64,000 nt of DNA, taken from NCBI RefSeq assembly GCF_009914755.1, contig NC_060945.1; one strand, 5' to 3'. The position numbers and the translations under genes are program-made. Shown one piece after another: positions 62,293 to 64,000 of this stretch. A model generated the notes under the pieces. That model saw only the letters and a list, made by a program, of their open reading frames with translations. It was not told where the DNA came from and searched no databases. Each line of letters opens with the position of its first letter. Positions within the stretch are counted from its first letter, which is position 1. The stretch comes from the human T2T-CHM13v2.0 reference genome, Homo sapiens.

Positions 62293-63098
62293 AAAAAAAG
62301 TAAGTCCAAAGCAGGCAGCAGGAAAAAGACAGAAAAAGTGACAAATAAATGATTAATCCCTGGAAAATTTAAATTTAATAGTGAATACGGACAACTTTCA
62401 ACTTATAAAAGAAAAACATCCCTTGGGCATCAAGCCTAAGATACTCAACTGTAAGAGGCGGTAAGTCTGTAAGCCTAATAAATAACTTTAGGAAAAGTTT
62501 TAAAACTTTGTTTTGATTTTTTAAATATCTAGACCAATGTGTTTTTAAAAACTAGAAATAATGGAATAAATTCCTAATATTTGAAAGAAGATGTCAAGAA
62601 AGATAGCGAAGCCTTCCTAAATCACAAGCCTCTATGTCACTCCTTAGACATAATCATCTTTTTGTATCCCACATGAAAATCTTCAGCTATGAAGTGACTA
62701 TACGGTGCTGTTCCTGCCCAAGTCACCACTAAACTGAGAAGGCTGATATGCCACTGGTCAGGAGACAGTTAATGATGTTACACAGGAAACATGGCACCCA
62801 AGTTTCTAACCAACAGTGAATCTGCTTGTTAATTACATTCTGAGCAGGGAGTGACTTTTGCTACCAAAGGGGATTTAAAGAACCCTTTCCACACTACTCC
62901 AGAGATGTGAATGCTGAGCCTACAGCCATGCAATGAAGTATATGTAGCAATGAGTATCACACAGCCTCACACAGTACTCTAAGAAATGGTTAAGAAAAAC
63001 AAATCCTCCATAAAAATCAAGTAAAACTATAAATAATTAAAAACTGCCTTTGGAATAAATGCATATGAATACTAAGTCTAATTAGCAATAAGGTCTTT

Positions 63099-63100
<2 letters not shown>

Positions 63101-63140
<40 letters not shown>
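63101..63140. repeat. (AC)20 microsatellite
   Basis: Read directly. Confidence 0.95.
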
Positions 63141-63142
<2 letters not shown>

Positions 63143-63934
63143 TCCAAGGCAGACTTTGTAAGGCAAAGAATAATTTTAAAAAATGCTGTTGCTGTTCCCT
63201 ACAAAAATGCTGATTAAAGATTGCTACCCGCTTCTTACCCCAGAGAAAGTGGAAAGTCAAACCCTGATGCCCATATTTGCCTGTATCATGTCCAAGAAAT
63301 TATGGTAAATTGTGAATCAGTCACTACTAACAAATCCATTTGTCCTCTTCATAAAGACTGGAGCTGAAGAATCTGCTGTCAGGATTCGATGGACAGATAT
63401 CTAGAACAACAGACCCAGTGAATATTTGCTGAATGAATGAACCTTGGATTTGGAAAGCCTTCTATACCAGATTCATGTTTCTGATGTTCTGAATGGAGAA
63501 AAACAAGTAAAGAGTTATCCTCAAAGTTTTCTCTCGTGATAGGGCTTATTTCTCTTTAGGTGTGCTACATACTATACTATGTTCTTCACATTCAAGATGA
63601 AACGGGATAAACGTCCTAACAAACTTTACCTCTCTGGACTTGACCTTTTAGATATATTTTGGTTCTGGTCTTGGCTTTTGGGTAAGTAGCTATACAGAGT
63701 TCATCCCTCACAGCCAGTTCAAGCTGGCTGAACATTATGTCCAGTAGAGGGTTCCCTGGGAGACTGATTTGGCTTAGAACCTTTTGACCCATTCTGTTGG
63801 CAAACTTAAAGGTTCACACAGGTCCGTCCTGATCCTTTCAACTATTTCAAACCTCCTATGCCCTTGAAGTGTTCTCTCACTTTTTTTTTCTTTTTTTTCC
63901 CTGAGTTCTTTTGAGCAGGGATAATTAGCAGGCG

Positions 63935-64000
63935 TATTAGTTTCCAAGGGCTGTCATAACGAATTACAAACTGGTGGCTCAAGATTACAGAAAATCATTC
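63935..64000 (-). mobile_element. MLT1-type MaLR LTR edge (runs off the window)
   Basis: gtattagtttccaagggctgtcataacgaattacaaactggtggct. Confidence 0.6.

Overview
Primate (human-like) genomic DNA; it is not prokaryotic and has no CRISPR arrays, rRNA or tRNA that I can see. Much of the window is interspersed repeats: 5 Alus, a decayed near-full-length L1PA (minus strand), a 5'-truncated L1PA (plus strand), older L1M/L2/MIR fragments, and many solo LTRs (THE1, MST/MLT1, MLT2A, ERV1 MER34/39-like). Several repeats are nested, some with recognisable target-site duplications. Two non-routine signals are missed by the ORF track. (1) A heavily decayed Ty3/gypsy (Sushi-like) pol remnant lies on the minus strand at about 10.8-12.6 kb, with protease, RT, RNase H and possibly integrase motifs in the correct order. 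(2) The 3' end of a minus-strand spliced gene can be rebuilt by hand from splice signals. A 27-nt micro-exon (62124-62150), a 58-nt exon (35483-35540) and a terminal exon (from 34855) join in frame to give ...DVEKEPNSMVNTVYIKEDNYNFFKSSKIDNETSSTFITTQVSVI*, ending in a class I PDZ-ligand-like motif. Two candidate stop-containing alternative exons (62183-62216 and 35833-35928) would remove that tail, and a repeat-poor ~8 kb candidate 3' UTR follows. I cannot name the gene. Repeat subfamily calls come from remembered consensus features, and boundaries without a TSD are approximate.
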